Shown piece after piece: positions 1 through 21,540 of a stretch of DNA of 64,000 bases. The stretch lies in assembly GCF_009914755.1 (NCBI RefSeq), contig NC_060938.1; one strand, written 5' to 3'. The position numbers were made by a program, and so were the translations under genes. Position 1 is the stretch's first letter; each line of letters opens with the position of its first letter. The notes under the pieces were generated by a model, which saw only the letters and a program-made list of their open reading frames with translations, was not told the origin of the DNA and did no database searches. The DNA is from the human T2T-CHM13v2.0 reference genome, Homo sapiens.

Positions 1-391
1 AGGAAGACAAACAATATACTGTAAATATCATAAATGTGGAAAGTGTCTAATATGTCAGAAAATAAGTACTCTGGAAAAAAAAAGGTAAGAATAGTTGTAT
101 ACAGGGCTGGTATTCTTAATTTTCATTTAAATAAAATGGCTAGTAGCTCTATTATCAGGCAGTATTCTAAGGACTTTACATATATTAACTCATTTACTCC
201 TCACAAAAACCCTGTGAAGTAGATACTATGATTTATCCCCATTTGGCAGGAAAAACTAATTGGGTTAAAGTAACCTGTCCAAGGTCACACTGCTACTAGA
301 AGGTGAATTTAAACTCAGGCAATCTGGCTCTTGAATTCTTGCTGTTAAATATTATACTATATGGCCTCTCAATTCACATACTTCTTCATAA

Positions 392-686
392 TTTTTTTTT
401 TTTTTTTTGAGACGGAGTCTTGCTCTGTCACCCAGGTTGGAGTGCAATGATGTGATGACAGCTCACTAAAACTTCAAACTGCTAGACTCAAGTGATCCTC
501 CTGCCTCAGCCTCCTGAGCAGCTGGGATTACAAGTGAGCAGCACCACACTACTCAGCTTTTTTTTTTTTGTAGAGATAGGTCTCACCATGTTGCCAAGGC
601 TGGTCTCCAACTCTTGGCCTCATGCAATCCTCCTGCCTCAGCCTCCCAAAATGTTGGGATTACAGGCACGAGCCACCACACCTGGC
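392..686 (-). mobile_element. Alu (old, J-like)
   Basis: Poly-T then antisense Alu dimer. Confidence 0.85.
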
Positions 687-938
687 CCCCATATGTTATT
701 TTTAATGGCAGAAGAAGAAACATTTTGTAAGGCTATATTATGTCATGATCTCTGTTCTACAGGTACCTTTGATATTCTCATCCACAACCCAAACTCTGCT
801 TCTCCTCTTATGTTTCTTACTTAAGTTCATCATTCACCCAGTTGACCAAGTGAAAAAACGCAGACACCCTGGAACCTTTCTCCCTCACTCCTCATATCCA
901 TTGAGGCTGGTTAATTTCTGCCTCAAAACCAACTCTTG

Positions 939-1349
<411 letters not shown>

Positions 1350-1688
1350 TCAATCAACTGCTTTACGTCCTTTACTGACTTTCCATATCAAGTCCAAATG
1401 TCTCAATGTGACACTGAGATCCCCTCACAATCTGGCTGTTTCACCTGCCCCTCTACTACTACTTTCCCACATACATTCTAAGCTCCAGAGTTGGGAGTAT
1501 TCCACGTTTTACTCCTGTGTTGCCTCTTCGCATTTCCCATCTAGCAAACTCCCATTCAATCCCTTATATTCAGTTTGAAGTTTTTTGAAGCTTCCCCCTC
1601 TTCCCCATGCTCAAGTCCAGCCCTTTTTATGGTCTCAGAGAACTTTATTTTAGGATTAATCACACACTTGGTTGTAAGGTTTGTTACC

Positions 1689-1946
1689 TTTTTTTTTTTC
1701 TGAGATAGAGTCTCGCTCTGTCGCCTGCAATCTCTGCCCCCTGGGTTTAATCGATTCTCCTGCCTCAGCCTCCTGAGTAGCTGGGACTACAGGCACATGC
1801 CACCACACCCAGCTAATTTTTGTATTTTGAGTAGAGATGGGGTTTCACCATGTTGACCAGGATGGTCTCCATCCGTGACCTTGTGATCCGCCCGCCTAGG
1901 CCTCCCAAAGTGATGGGACTACCAGCATGAGCCACCGTGCCCGGCC
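1689..1946 (-). mobile_element. Alu with internal deletion
   Basis: Antisense Alu dimer. Confidence 0.85.
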
Positions 1947-2363
1947 GTTTGTTTCTTTTTAAGGTAAGAACTCTGGAAGTCCTCAGAGCCTAGACAGTGG
2001 CTGATACATAATAATTCTCAGTGTTTATTGAAAAATGACTGAATTCAATTACAGAGCATAAGCTACATGCAAGGACTGTATTATGTACATTATGCTGTGC
2101 CTAATAATTCATGATGGGCATTAAAGCTCTGAAAACTTTATGATGTGGTCTCTGAACTAGAAAAAGAGGATTCAGAGATGAGGCACCATGTGTTTGCTTA
2201 GATAAATTCAATTTATTCAACAAACATTTATTGAGCAGTGTGAATGAGGTAGTGAATAAGAGGTAAAGTTGTTGGACTTATTATAATTCTAGGGATATGT
2301 ATATATTTTCTTTACTTATCCATTAAACAACTATGTCTGTTACCAGCAACTTAGAGTATTTTG

Positions 2364-2680
<317 letters not shown>

Positions 2681-2754
2681 AATTCACATATTTCTGATTG
2701 TCCTCTTTGCAGGATGGAGAAAAAGGCTGGGTAGACAACAAAGGTGAATGTAAC

Positions 2755-3130
2755 TATCTTAGCTTTATGTTGCTATAACAGAATAGCTGAGTCTGGGTAA
2801 TTTATAAAGAAAATAAATGTATTTCTCAGAGTTCTGGAGGCTGGGAAGCCCAAGGCTGAGAGGGCTGATTCTTTCAAGGGCCTTCTTGCTACCCATGGGT
2901 CACCCCATGGCAGAAGATGGAAGGGCAACAGATCAAGAGAGCAGGCAAGCAAGAGAGGGCTGAACTAACCCACTCTCTCAACAACCAAGCCACTCTCAGG
3001 ATAACAATCTAATCTCTGAGGATGGAGCCCTCATGGTCTAATCATTTCTTATGGGTCCCACCTCTTAATGCGATTAAAATAGCAAATAAATGTCAACATA
3101 AGTTTTAGAGGGGGACATTCAAACCATAGT
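2755..3130 (-). mobile_element. MaLR LTR (MST/MLT1-type)
   Basis: CTGGGTAATTTATAAAGAAAA...TTCTGGAGGCTGGGAAG...ACATTCAAACCATAG. Confidence 0.75.
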
Positions 3131-3230
3131 AATAATGAATTCAATTTTCTATTTTTCAAAGCAATGTTCTTTTGCATTATTTAGACTTATAGAAATGGGC
3201 ATTGCAAAAATTAATTCAGTGCCAGGTTGA

Positions 3231-3863
<633 letters not shown>

Positions 3864-4320
3864 TGCAGTCTACTTTTCAATCACATAAATCAGATCCCAC
3901 AATGCTTCTGCACAGTATCTTTTAACTGCATCCCATCATATTTAGAAAAAGGCACAAGTCTTTCACCATGGTCCACAAGGCCCTACATGATCTGGCCCTG
4001 CTTATCGCTCTCCTTTGCTCACTCCATCCCAAACACATGGAACTTCCTGCTCTTCGCTGAACACACCAAGCTCATTTCTGCTTAAAGGCATTTGCAGTGC
4101 TATTCCCTCCTTCTGACACTCACTTCTCCCTGATTTCTGGTTTACTCCCTCACTTCATTTAAGTCTCTGTTCAAACGCCATCTCCTCAGAGAGGACTTTC
4201 ACAACCGCCCTATTTAAAACTGAAGTCCCAAAGAAGGCGGATCACTTGAGGTCAGGAGTTAGAGATCAGCCTGGCCAACATGGCAAAACCCTGTCTCTAC
4301 TAAAAATACAAAAATAATTA

Positions 4321-4518
<198 letters not shown>

Positions 4519-5495
4519 TTACTCTGATTTACTTTCCTGTATTCTTTAACACTGCCTCTTAATAGTTATATATTGTTTATCACCTACCCACTAGAATGGG
4601 GATGTTCGTATCTTTTTCACTGTAATTTGCAATATTCACCAGCACCTAGAACGGTGCCTCACAATTCACCAGCACCTAGCACACAGCAGCCTCACAATAA
4701 ATATATATTAAATACATGAATTTCATTCTCACCAGTCATTCAATTCCTATGACCTTGAGTAATTCGTTGAGCAAACACCCAAGCTCTGACTCTTAAATAA
4801 AAGCAATAAAACAAAGTTTTGTCCTTGCCATCAAATTCTATATATCCGGAGGCCAAGAACTATAGCAGCTTTTCCTATGGATTTAGGGCCGGAAAACTCT
4901 AGCTCCTCCAGACAGAACTTGTAGCAACCTGAATCATGAAATTAAGGGGTAGTAAACAGTCTCAGCTGTAAAAACGTTCAAAACAAGACCACATCTAAAT
5001 GCCACAATCAGGTTTTAAAGGCCAGCTCTCTACCCTCCAATAACTGGTATTTACCAACACCCCCAAATTATGACTCCTTTGGGTTTTTAACCCTTTTTCT
5101 GTGCTACGGATCCTCTGTCAGTCTGGTGAAAACTAGACCTGTCTTGAGACTAGTGCTTTTAAATGCATAAAACAAACAAAAACAGCTATGAAAGAAACCC
5201 ACTCTACATTACAGGACCGCAGATGCAAAAGCCCCTCTGCTCTATTTGCCACAGTGAAAAAAGATGAGAAAATGTGGAAGGCCATAGAAGGATCCCAGGG
5301 AACTGAATCCCGAGGTCCAATTTACTCTCAGTGGCAGCAGGGAGACCTGGGGCTGGGACAAGCCAGCCCTAGGGGGCGTGTCTGAGGACGCGGAGGGAGG
5401 AGACGCGGGCCCGGGTCTGGGAGGAAGGTGGGAGAATCTTCCTTCCAAAGCGCGCAGGGCTGCGCTCCCCACGGCGTGGCCCACCCCCGCCTCAC

Positions 5496-5610
5496 CGGTC
5501 CCCGCCGTCCCCAGCAGCCGCTCGGGCACCCCTTGTAGGTCTTCATGGAGGCCGCGGAAGATCTCGTGCAGCTTCTCGAAATGCTCCGAGGAGGCGGCGG
5601 AGGAGGCCAT
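5496..5610 (-). CDS. VTI1B: VTI1B coding exon 1 (vesicle transport SNARE), 115 nt
   Basis: Translates MASSAASSEHFEKLHEIFRGLHEDLQGVPERLLGTAGT; ATG in GCCATGG context at 5610; donor GTGAG begins at 5495; rest of gene lies left of the window. Confidence 0.95.
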
Positions 5611-6027
5611 GGCGCAGGCCGCGCTGGAGCAGCGGCCACCGAGATTCGGGGCCCTGGGCCCTTTCCTAGCCCGGCGGTCAGCCGCCCAGCCCAGTGGCCA
5701 TAACGGCGACCGCCGCACCACCGCCGCCCAGGACGAGGCTCTTCCGGAGCCGCGGCAGGGTCCTCTCGAGCCGGAACGCCCACCTTCTCCAGCCAGTGAT
5801 TGCTGGAGCGCCGGCGCGAAAGCCTGACGAGAAGTCGGGAGACTGCGCGGCCTAGGCGACTCCTGAGGGAGCGGTGCCGCGCCGGGGCGATCGGCAGTCG
5901 CGGAACCCGAGAAGTGCCGGGTCCGGGTTGGGGAAAGGCCGCAGCGAAAGGGGCCTAGGGGACCTGCGGGACTGGCAGCGCGGCCGCCTTCCTCCCGGGC
6001 CCCGCCGGCCGGCGAGGGGCGGGCGCT

Positions 6028-6052
6028 GCAGTGCACGCCGGGGGATGTAGTT
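6028..6052 (-). promoter_or_regulatory. ZNF143/THAP11-type (ACTACA..TCCC/SBS) motif in VTI1B promoter
   Basis: Minus strand reads AACTACATCCCCCGGCGTGCACTGC. Confidence 0.6.
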
Positions 6053-6347
6053 TGGCTCGGACGAGAGCGTCTCGTCCCGGGGTCGCGCGTTGCTCCGGGT
6101 GCCAGGTTCAGCCCGCGCGGCGACAGCGGGCTTCGGCCCGATTTGATGTATGTTTGCGTCTAGACGTCGTCCTCACTGTCATCGCGCTTTGCTTTGCCAC
6201 CCTGACCCGAATTCCTCGTTTCGCGTCTTGACTGTTAGCTTTCGGCCCTGGAAAGATAGCCGGGCCAGGGGCTCTGCCTGCCGTCGGGAGGTGGAGCACT
6301 TTTCTTGGAAGGCCCAGCGGCTCCCCAAGCTTTCAGAAGTGGAACCC

Positions 6348-7707
<1,360 letters not shown>

Positions 7708-7951
7708 TGGCCCGGGATGATCAAGAAATGTGGAAAAAGTGTCTGTGAAGAGTGTCAAAAAAGGTTAAGTAGGAAATGGTGAATGAACAATTAGATTATC
7801 ACACAACCTAAATTAATAGCATGTGGATTGAGATTACACTGTAGCTAGACTCTGGAACAAATTATTCTTTAGAATGAGAAATCATTGCACAACCATAATA
7901 ATGAACAGTGTTTTCTTCTTTTGACTGTAATCAAACTTTTAATTCTTAGTT

Positions 7952-8048
7952 TTTATTCTGGTAAATGAAAACAAAAAATAATCAAAAAGAATTTTTATTT
8001 GTCATTGACAGTTCAATATAAATTAAGTAAAACATTAATTCATTTATT
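7952..8048 (-). terminator. RDH11: RDH11 polyadenylation signal cluster
   Basis: AATAAA on minus strand at 7952-7957, 7994-7999 and 8043-8048, ~1.4-1.5 kb past the stop codon. Confidence 0.6.
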
Positions 8049-8479
8049 CTGCACTATTATCAGAATTTTTCTAATTTTTCCGTAAAATGACCATTTCTAA
8101 ACATATAGCTTAATGGTCAAAACAAGTGCAATAAAAGATTAATTTACAAGTATCAGAAGTGAAGACTGTGGTCCTATAACTCTTTCCCCCACCAAAGTTA
8201 AAATATAATTGTCATTCCAGGAAATCAAAATCTTTTAGAATAGCACACTCCAAACAAGTGATGGGAACACTACTAATTCCTTAGACTTCCTTTGGCAGCA
8301 TTACTTTTGATAAGAAGTCTCCAAATAAAATACAAAATTTTGGCACAGACATTTTAATCTTGTCAAGACAATGTAAGGAAATGCCCCAAAATATTATTAA
8401 ATTGACCATAATTACCAATATCAGTCCCTAAGATAATTTTTCTGAATGAAGAATTGTTTTTTTTGTTTGTTTGTTTTTA

Positions 8480-8516
<37 letters not shown>

Positions 8517-9442
8517 CACACTGGTTTTTGTTAAGACCTCATCAGTCCTGGGTGCTTGCCCTCAATTCCTCCATAGCTATGTTAGCATATTTAATATCTT
8601 TTGCTATTAATCCTTAACTAGTTAATCCTTAAAGGGCTAGTTAATCCTTAACTAGTCCCTTCATTTTGTGCATTATCTTCCAGTATTCTCCTTCTCTTTT
8701 TTTACTTCTTCCCTGCTACCCATGTGCTCTTGGTGGGTAGTTACCAACATATACAGAATCTGCTTCCCTTTGCAGCATTTCATTTGCATAAAGACTGGAT
8801 GGCACTGGTTTGCTCCATCTCTGATTATTGTGGCTGTTTTGAACTTTGTGAAAATACTCCCTTGGCACACATAAACAGGAAGACACACAAAGATATACAC
8901 AATTTTTAGTAGAGGTGGGGTTTCACCATGTTGGCCAGGCTGGTCTTGAACTACTGACCTCCGGTGATCCACCATGCCTGGGCAAGCCCTGCTCCTGAGC
9001 CAGTCTTTGTTATTCATGTTAAGCTGAGGTTGCAGTGTGGCCCTCTTGAAGTGAAGACTGGTTGGTTGGGAGGAACTGAATTGTGAACAAAGAAGCTAGT
9101 TCAAATTTGCATAAATCATCCCTGCTATAGCTTAGATTCTCCTAGGTAGTAGTTTCTTTCAGAAGGAAAATGAGCTGTGCAGGTCATATGAGGGTCTTCT
9201 TATCCTATTATGATATCTCTAGTAACTCTGGCAGTAACAGAAGCAAAGTAAATCTGGACATGACAGACATTTAGACGAATCTGGCAGTACACTGAGTTTT
9301 AACTGGACACCAAGCAGGCAAGGCTGGAAGGTTTTGCTCTCTTTGTGCTAAAGGTTTTGAAAACCTTGAAGGAGAATCATTTTGACAAGAAGTACTGTGT
9401 AGTCTGCTGCAGTCTTCTCTTGGGTCCAACTGGCACTGCCTG

Positions 9443-9545
9443 TTAGTCTATTGGGAGGCCCAGCAGGTCACAACTGACGTCCCACAGCCGCCTTGCTATA
9501 GTCTCATTACGAGCTTGGGCAGAGACCCATGCCACATGACAGTCA
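9443..9545 (-). CDS. RDH11: RDH11 coding exon 7 (last), 103 nt incl. TAA
   Basis: [33 protein letters not shown]; acceptor TTCCAG; exon sum 74+119+156+105+210+190+103=957 nt. Confidence 0.95.
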
Positions 9546-10099
9546 CTGGAAGGTAAAGAGAAAGGTATGAAGCACAGTGTTAAGAATGAAGTCTGCCATC
9601 TGCCAGGGATAAGGAATATGACATAAAAACAACTAGGGATCACATGTTCTCCATGTACTTCACAGGGCCAGTGTTTGTCCTTATCTCTTCATTCTCCAGT
9701 CCTTAGCCAGAGAAAATGTAATTACCATTTTAGATCTCCTCGCTAGACCACCTCTCATCAGAATGCTTTGTTTGATATATAATGCATACATTTGGTCTTT
9801 ATATTCCCCTATTTATATAATTTAATATTAGTGCCTGCCTGACACCCATGTATATCCATCTTCTTCAAGTAAGTCCATAAGGCCCATTCTACAGGGCCTT
9901 GGACAATGTCATATAGCTGAGATCCTGCTATTCACATTGGTCAGAGATGCCTGGAGTAGTAAAAAAAAAAAAGAAATGCTTATTTCTGGACTCCTTGAAG
10001 TTATACTGTTAGTAAACTCATATGAGAAGTAAAGCCAGCTTCGAAAACAACAAAAGGAAAAGGCGACACAGAAAAGAAATGGTAAAACCAAGGTACGAG

Positions 10100-10850
<751 letters not shown>

Positions 10851-11120
10851 TAATTCCGATGCAGAAAATTTTCTTAAGGACAATTCTGACTCATTTTTGT
10901 ATTCTCTGGATCTGGTATACATCTGGTAAGCATTCAGTCAAAGTTTTAAAAAAAATGATTGAATGTATTACAATCTTTAGTCATGTGAGGAAACAATTTT
11001 TAAAAGTATACTATTTCAAGAAAATTGCTTCCTCAGTATCTAAGCAAATTCTGAAGGTGAAAGAGTTGACAAGTCTGAATTAACTATATATGCAAACTCT
11101 TAACACTATGTCAAGTAAGA

Positions 11121-11300
11121 CAGTGGGATTCAAAGTGTGCACCACAAACCAGCAGCAGGAGCATCAACTGGGAGCTTGTTAGAAATTCTCCAGCCCTACT
11201 CCAGACATACTGAATGAGAATCTCTAGGGTTGTGGTCCAGGAATCTATTTTCAACTAGTTTTCCAGATGACTCTTGAACACACTAAAGTTTGAGAAATAC
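11121..11300. mobile_element. MER5-type hAT-Charlie MITE
   Basis: CAGTGG..TCAAAGTGTG...GCATCAACTGGGAGCTTGTTAGAAAT...AAAGTTTGAGAA. Confidence 0.65.
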
Positions 11301-11984
11301 CATTTCAAAATATCGTCACGTTTACAAAACAAGTCTTATCAGTACTTCTGTTTAAGAAGACTCACCAGTATGACCAGTACAACTTGCCATTTCCTAGTGA
11401 AAAGATCATCAGTGAGAACCACAAGGCTCTGTATCTCTCTGGAAATGACTCAGCCTTTGTAAGCCTCTGCATCCTCCACTGCACTGTGCCTTATACTCTT
11501 CATAAGGTTACAGTTAAGAGCAAAGAACACAGTTGACATGAAGGTTCCTTGTAGGCTATAAAAACTAATCAAATACTACAGCAAGAGCTTTCTGGTTGTT
11601 TTTTTTAGACAGGGTCTCACTGTTGCCCAGGCTGGAGTGCAGTGGTGTGATCGCAGCTCACTACAACCTCCCCAGGCTCAGGTGATCCTCCTATCTCAGC
11701 CTCCCAAGTAGCCAGGACCACAGGGACACGCCACCACGCCTGGCTAATTTTTGCATTTTTTATAGAGATAGGGTCTCATTATGTTGCCTAGGCTGGTCTT
11801 GAACTCCTGGGCTCAAGTAGTTTGCCCACCTCAGCCTCCCAAAGTGCAGGGATTACAGGCGTGAGCCGCCGCGCCCAGCCAAGTAAGAGCTAGTTAAGTG
11901 TGCCTATGGCATCAGCATGGTCACAGTATTGACATTTCCAGGGGGATTTTGCTAAGAATTAGTATAGGTAAAAGATAAACTAAT

Positions 11985-14185
<2,201 letters not shown>

Positions 14186-16136
14186 CAGGCAGAAAGAAGA
14201 GCCAGTGCAAAAATCTTAAGGCTTCAATCAAAAGACTTTTATGTTCATTTCTTGATGGTGGTCTACACGGCTGCTGTTGGATCTTCAAAATGAATTAAGA
14301 ATCCATAGCACAGGAAAGGCTCTTCAAAAGTCAATCCAATAGTAAGTTATGGATTTAGAGCTGACTTTCTTTAAACCACTCAGTCAAAACCAAGATAAAG
14401 GGTTATTTTTTTTTTTCTTAAAATCTCTAGGGAAGAAGAATCCAGTCACTCTTGGAAAATCAATCCAGTATACTATATAAATCTATCTTCTTATACTTCA
14501 GAACCACATTTCCAACTATCTGCTATACATTTCTACTTGCATGCCTTATAGATAACACACATGCAACATGTACAGAGCCAGGTTTGTTACACAGTGGACA
14601 ACTGTTACTCTTTGGCTGAACATTCTACTTTGTTTCGGCAATAGCAACCTGATTTCCTTCTGCAGAATTACCTTTTCCCCTCAATATAGTTTGAAGAGAG
14701 CATTAATAAAGTCCCTGTTTGCCTCTAATCAAAAGAGTAAAAATGAAGGGATAGGAGGAAGGAGATCCAATGCTTCCTCCCTAGAGAATGGATGATAAGC
14801 AATACAACCTAAACACTAAAGATAGCTGGCATTCGCTCACTCTAGCAGCAATGCCCCGGCTGGCTGACTGCCACTCTGACACTTCTTAGCCTGGCTCTTC
14901 AGTCTTCCCTTTCAACCTAGGGGTCCCTCCTCTCCCTACTAATATTTTAATAAATTTCCTTCTTGCTTAAGCTAGACAAAGTCCCTTTCAACTGCTTTGG
15001 AATCCAAGAACCCTAAGTTCCACACATTACTTTTCCATGTCTGCTGTCTTAGTTAATGTCATCATCAACCTCATTCAGGCTTGAAATTCAGGTTAGCAAA
15101 GCCTCCCTCATCCCCTCATTTAATTAATCATCCAGTGATAAAAATTCTGCTGCTTCAGGGCCTCTTTCACATTACCATTCCTTTCATTACAACTTTCTGA
15201 AACTCTCTCTCTCACTAGGTTAATTATTCATTCATGAAACAAAGTTGCTAAAGCACAGACCAGATTTTGTCTGTCTACTGAAACAACTCTGGGGCTCCTC
15301 CACAAGGCTGGCATTATAGGCCTCTCATAATCTGTCTGCCTTTCTTTCCAATCTTAATGCTATTTTCAGCTACTTCCTTAAAATTTCAGGTCATTTCAAC
15401 AATAACCTGAAGTAGAGGTAAAAACATGTTAAAATTTTGATCTTATGTGATGCCTGGGATTTGCTTCAAAATAATATGGGAGAAGAAAAATATGGAAAGG
15501 GGTAGAGAATGGGGATAGGGCAGAATTGGCCATGGGTTAATGGTAGCTGAGGCTCCATTATATGCAGGCTCAGTGCACTATTTTATCTAACCCTGTGTTA
15601 TATTCAAAATTCTCTACATTTAAATCATTTTAAATGTCTTCGCTTATTTGAGAGGGGAGTCCATAGTATTTCAATCCTGAGGACAATAGAGAAATGCAGA
15701 TTCAAATTCTTTTTTTTTTTTTTTGAGGCGGAGTTTCACCTGACCTTAGGTGATCTGCCCACCTTGGCCTCCCAAAGTGCTGAGATTACAGGCGTAAGCC
15801 ACTGCGCCTGGCCTCAAATTCTTTTTAAATTCTTTTTAATGTAAAACAATAGAATTAGGAATCCAAAAAAGAATAAAGAAAACTGGACTGACATAACAAA
15901 GACAGGAAGAAAACAAACAGAATGCATAATTATCAGTATAAAAGATGGCATAAAATCAAATGTAGCAGTTATTACAAAAGAGAGTCAAATTCCCCTACTA
16001 AAAGGTAAAAACTCTAGAGTTAAAAGACAAAAGCTATATGAGACAATGTACTTTTAAAAAAGGGTATACCCAGACAAACCCAAATTATCTCCTTTGAGCA
16101 ATAAATCTCATCTGCAAAAAGAGATAACATTCATAC

Positions 16137-16326
16137 CTGAAATGATTCCCACTTAGAATCTCAAGACCTTCTGTTAAGGCACAGTGCAGGCTGGTCTGGG
16201 CTCCCTGCTGAGGAGTCTTGATGAAAAAGGAGAAAAGCCACCACATCCATCTCATGAAAGATGAGTGCCGAACCAGTTCAGATTGGACTGTGCCAGGGTG
16301 TACAGAATACGTCGTAACGCCAGAGC
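16137..16326 (-). CDS. RDH11: RDH11 exon 6, 190 nt
   Basis: [26 protein letters not shown]...LSGNHF; AG/GT boundaries. Confidence 0.95.
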
Positions 16327-16610
16327 CTGGTTGGGGGTGGCATGAAGAGAGGGTAAGACAGGACTTGATTTTGCAGAATAGCCCAAAACAGAAAAGGATG
16401 TAAATAAGCATGTGACCTTCACATATGGACTCTTTTGCCCATGGTGACATCAGAAGTACTGCTCACAGTAATTTATACTTCCATCTCACAGATCTAAGAA
16501 GGCTCTAGAGTAGACAGTGCTAAGGACCTCTGTGTATTTCTGACTGGAAACTCAAGTCAGGAATCAGCAGAGCCAAGACTCATCCTCTCAGCAGCACTTA
16601 ACATCGTTGA

Positions 16611-19190
<2,580 letters not shown>

Positions 19191-20780
19191 TCAGCCTCCA
19201 CATTCTATCAGTACCTCTAATCCATTTAATTTCTAATCATCCTTCGGGGCTCAGCATGCAACTCACTTCTTCAGGAAAGTCTTCCCTGAACCCTCAGACT
19301 GAATAAGGTCCCCCCAAGACTCCCACTAAAATCCATTGTAAGTCCTGGTACTTCTCCTTTATAACATTTATCACAATTATAATTAAACAGCCACAACAAA
19401 AAGGAAACAATCCAGATGTTGTTAAGGAAATACATAAATACACTAAGGCACATCTATACTACGAAATACAACACAGCCAATACAATTAAGGGGTAAATCC
19501 ATATGTACTAAATGGAAAGATCTCCAAGATACTGTGTTGGAGTTTCAGTTCCTTGTGCATGATACATACATATGTAAATGCATAGGAAAATTATTGGAAA
19601 GGGGCACACAAGCTGTTGATAATGGTCATATGAAGGGAGAAGAGCAGGGGGAAGAGGGGAATAAATGAAGGTGGTTTTTCACCTTAATTCTACATACTTC
19701 CATATGCTTTGAACTCTTTTTTTTTTTTTTTTTGGTAGAGGAGATGAGGTCTCACTATTTTGCCCAGGCTGATCTTGAACTGGCCTCAAGTGATCCTCCG
19801 GTTTTGGCCTCCTAAAGTGCCTGGGATTAAAGGTGTGAGCCACTGTGCCTGACCTTATTTGAGCTTTTTACAATGAGAATTATTCATGCATTACTAGACT
19901 GATTTTACATTTAATAGTTTGTATAAAGACTTGCTAATTGTCTTTCTCCCCCGTTAGATGTAAACCAAACCAAAGAAGAGACTATACCTATCTTGTTCAC
20001 CAATTCATCCCCTGTCCCCTAACCCAGTGCACGGAACAACATGGGCACTGAATACATGTCTGCTGAATGGCTGAATGAATGAATCTTCTGTCAAACCAGG
20101 GTTCTTTTACTGCACCATAATGATTTTCCACTGAATCCTCACAACTATCAGAGTCACCTCATTCATGTATTAGTGAATTCTCACCACTGGACCCATCTTT
20201 CCACCTCCAGGCCACCCTAGCTCCCTGATCAACTCTTTGGATAGTTTTCACCATCCAGTTACCCTTATCTATCCTAAACTGATAAAAGATGTCATGCCCT
20301 GGGCACAGACTGGGCATAAGGACTGAGCTAACCACCAGTTTCCTTCCCATCTCACAGATGTTCATTTGGTAGGATGATCCTATTCCAACTATAGGGCACC
20401 TGTGCCTGATTCCTTGAGCCTGCATTCTGCCTGCCTCAATTCCTAGCACAGTTCACCCTCGATTTCCCTTCTCTTTATTAGAAATCCAGAGTAGACAGTG
20501 CTAAGGACCTCTGTGTATTTGTGACTGGAAATTCCCCTTCTCAAGCATATATTTCCCTCTTATTTGATGCTTTGCAAGGGAGACCCTGCCCCTCCATATT
20601 CCCAGTACCTGTTTTAGTCTACTGCCTTTATCTAGTGCCAGTTCAGGTCCTTCCCTCATACTCAGTCTCACTGTGAGTAAAAAATCTTGACTTGCTTATG
20701 AAGCCTGAATTAATTATGACAATAAACTGTGAAGTAGTCCCATTTACATATGAAGAAGGAAGTCCTAAAAGTTAAGTAAT

Positions 20781-21076
20781 GGCCAGGTGCGGTGGCTCAC
20801 ACCTAAAATCCCAGCACTCTGGGAGGCCAAGGTGGGTGGATCACCTGAGGTCACGAGTTCAAGACCACCCTGACCAACATGGTGAAATCCTGTCTCTACT
20901 AAAAATACAAAAATTAGCCAGGCCTGGTGGCACGCACCTGTAGTCCCAGCTACTCAGGAGGCTGAGGCAGGAGAATCACTTGAACCTGGGAAGTGGAGGT
21001 CGGCAGTGAGCCGAGATTGCACCATTGCACTCCAGCATGGGTGACAGAGCAAGATCCCGTCTCAAAAAAAAAAAAA
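20781..21076 (+). mobile_element. Alu (S-like)
   Basis: TSD AAAAGTTAAGTAA; inserted in a MIR. Confidence 0.9.
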
Positions 21077-21330
21077 GTTAAGTAACTTGCTATAGATCAC
21101 ACAGCTAGTAAGTAGTAAAGCCAGGCCTTCAGACTCAAAGTCAGAGTCTCACTGTCCCAGCCAGCCACCTCCAATATTCAGTTGTAGACTACTTACTAAA
21201 ACTGTACCCAATTATAGCCACGGAAGCAGGTCCTCTCCAGGTGGTGGGCTCTGGAAACAGTTTCCATTCCTGTGGCTTTTACCTGCCTCTCTCTGACTCA
21301 TGTCTCCACATTCATTTCCTCTAGGCCCAC

Positions 21331-21540
21331 CTTTTAGTCTCCGGGCCAGTTCCTGGGTGAAGAGGATGTTGGCTAGCTTGCTGTGACAGTAGGCCAGGCC
21401 TGCATTGTAGAATTTCTCGCCCTGCAGGTTATGGAAGTGGATCCTTCCCAGGTGATGTGCGAGGGAAGACACATTTACTATCCTTGATGGGGCTGATTCC
21501 TTTAGTTTCTCTAGCAGCAGATGGGTTAGGAGGAAGTGAC
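21331..21540 (-). CDS. RDH11: RDH11 exon 5, 210 nt (catalytic YxxxK)
   Basis: [28 protein letters not shown]...[20 protein letters not shown]; AG/GT boundaries. Confidence 0.95.

Noticed and set aside
4634-4697. 30-bp-period repeat ATTCACCAGCACCTAG, superficially repeat-spacer like
   Set aside because: Only two copies within an L2-like remnant; simple tandem duplication, not CRISPR
5242-6036. 264-aa ORF extending VTI1B at both ends, plus overlapping 149-151-aa ORFs
   Set aside because: Non-ATG start, stop-poor CpG island and read-through into the intron; only 5496-5610 matches VTI1B
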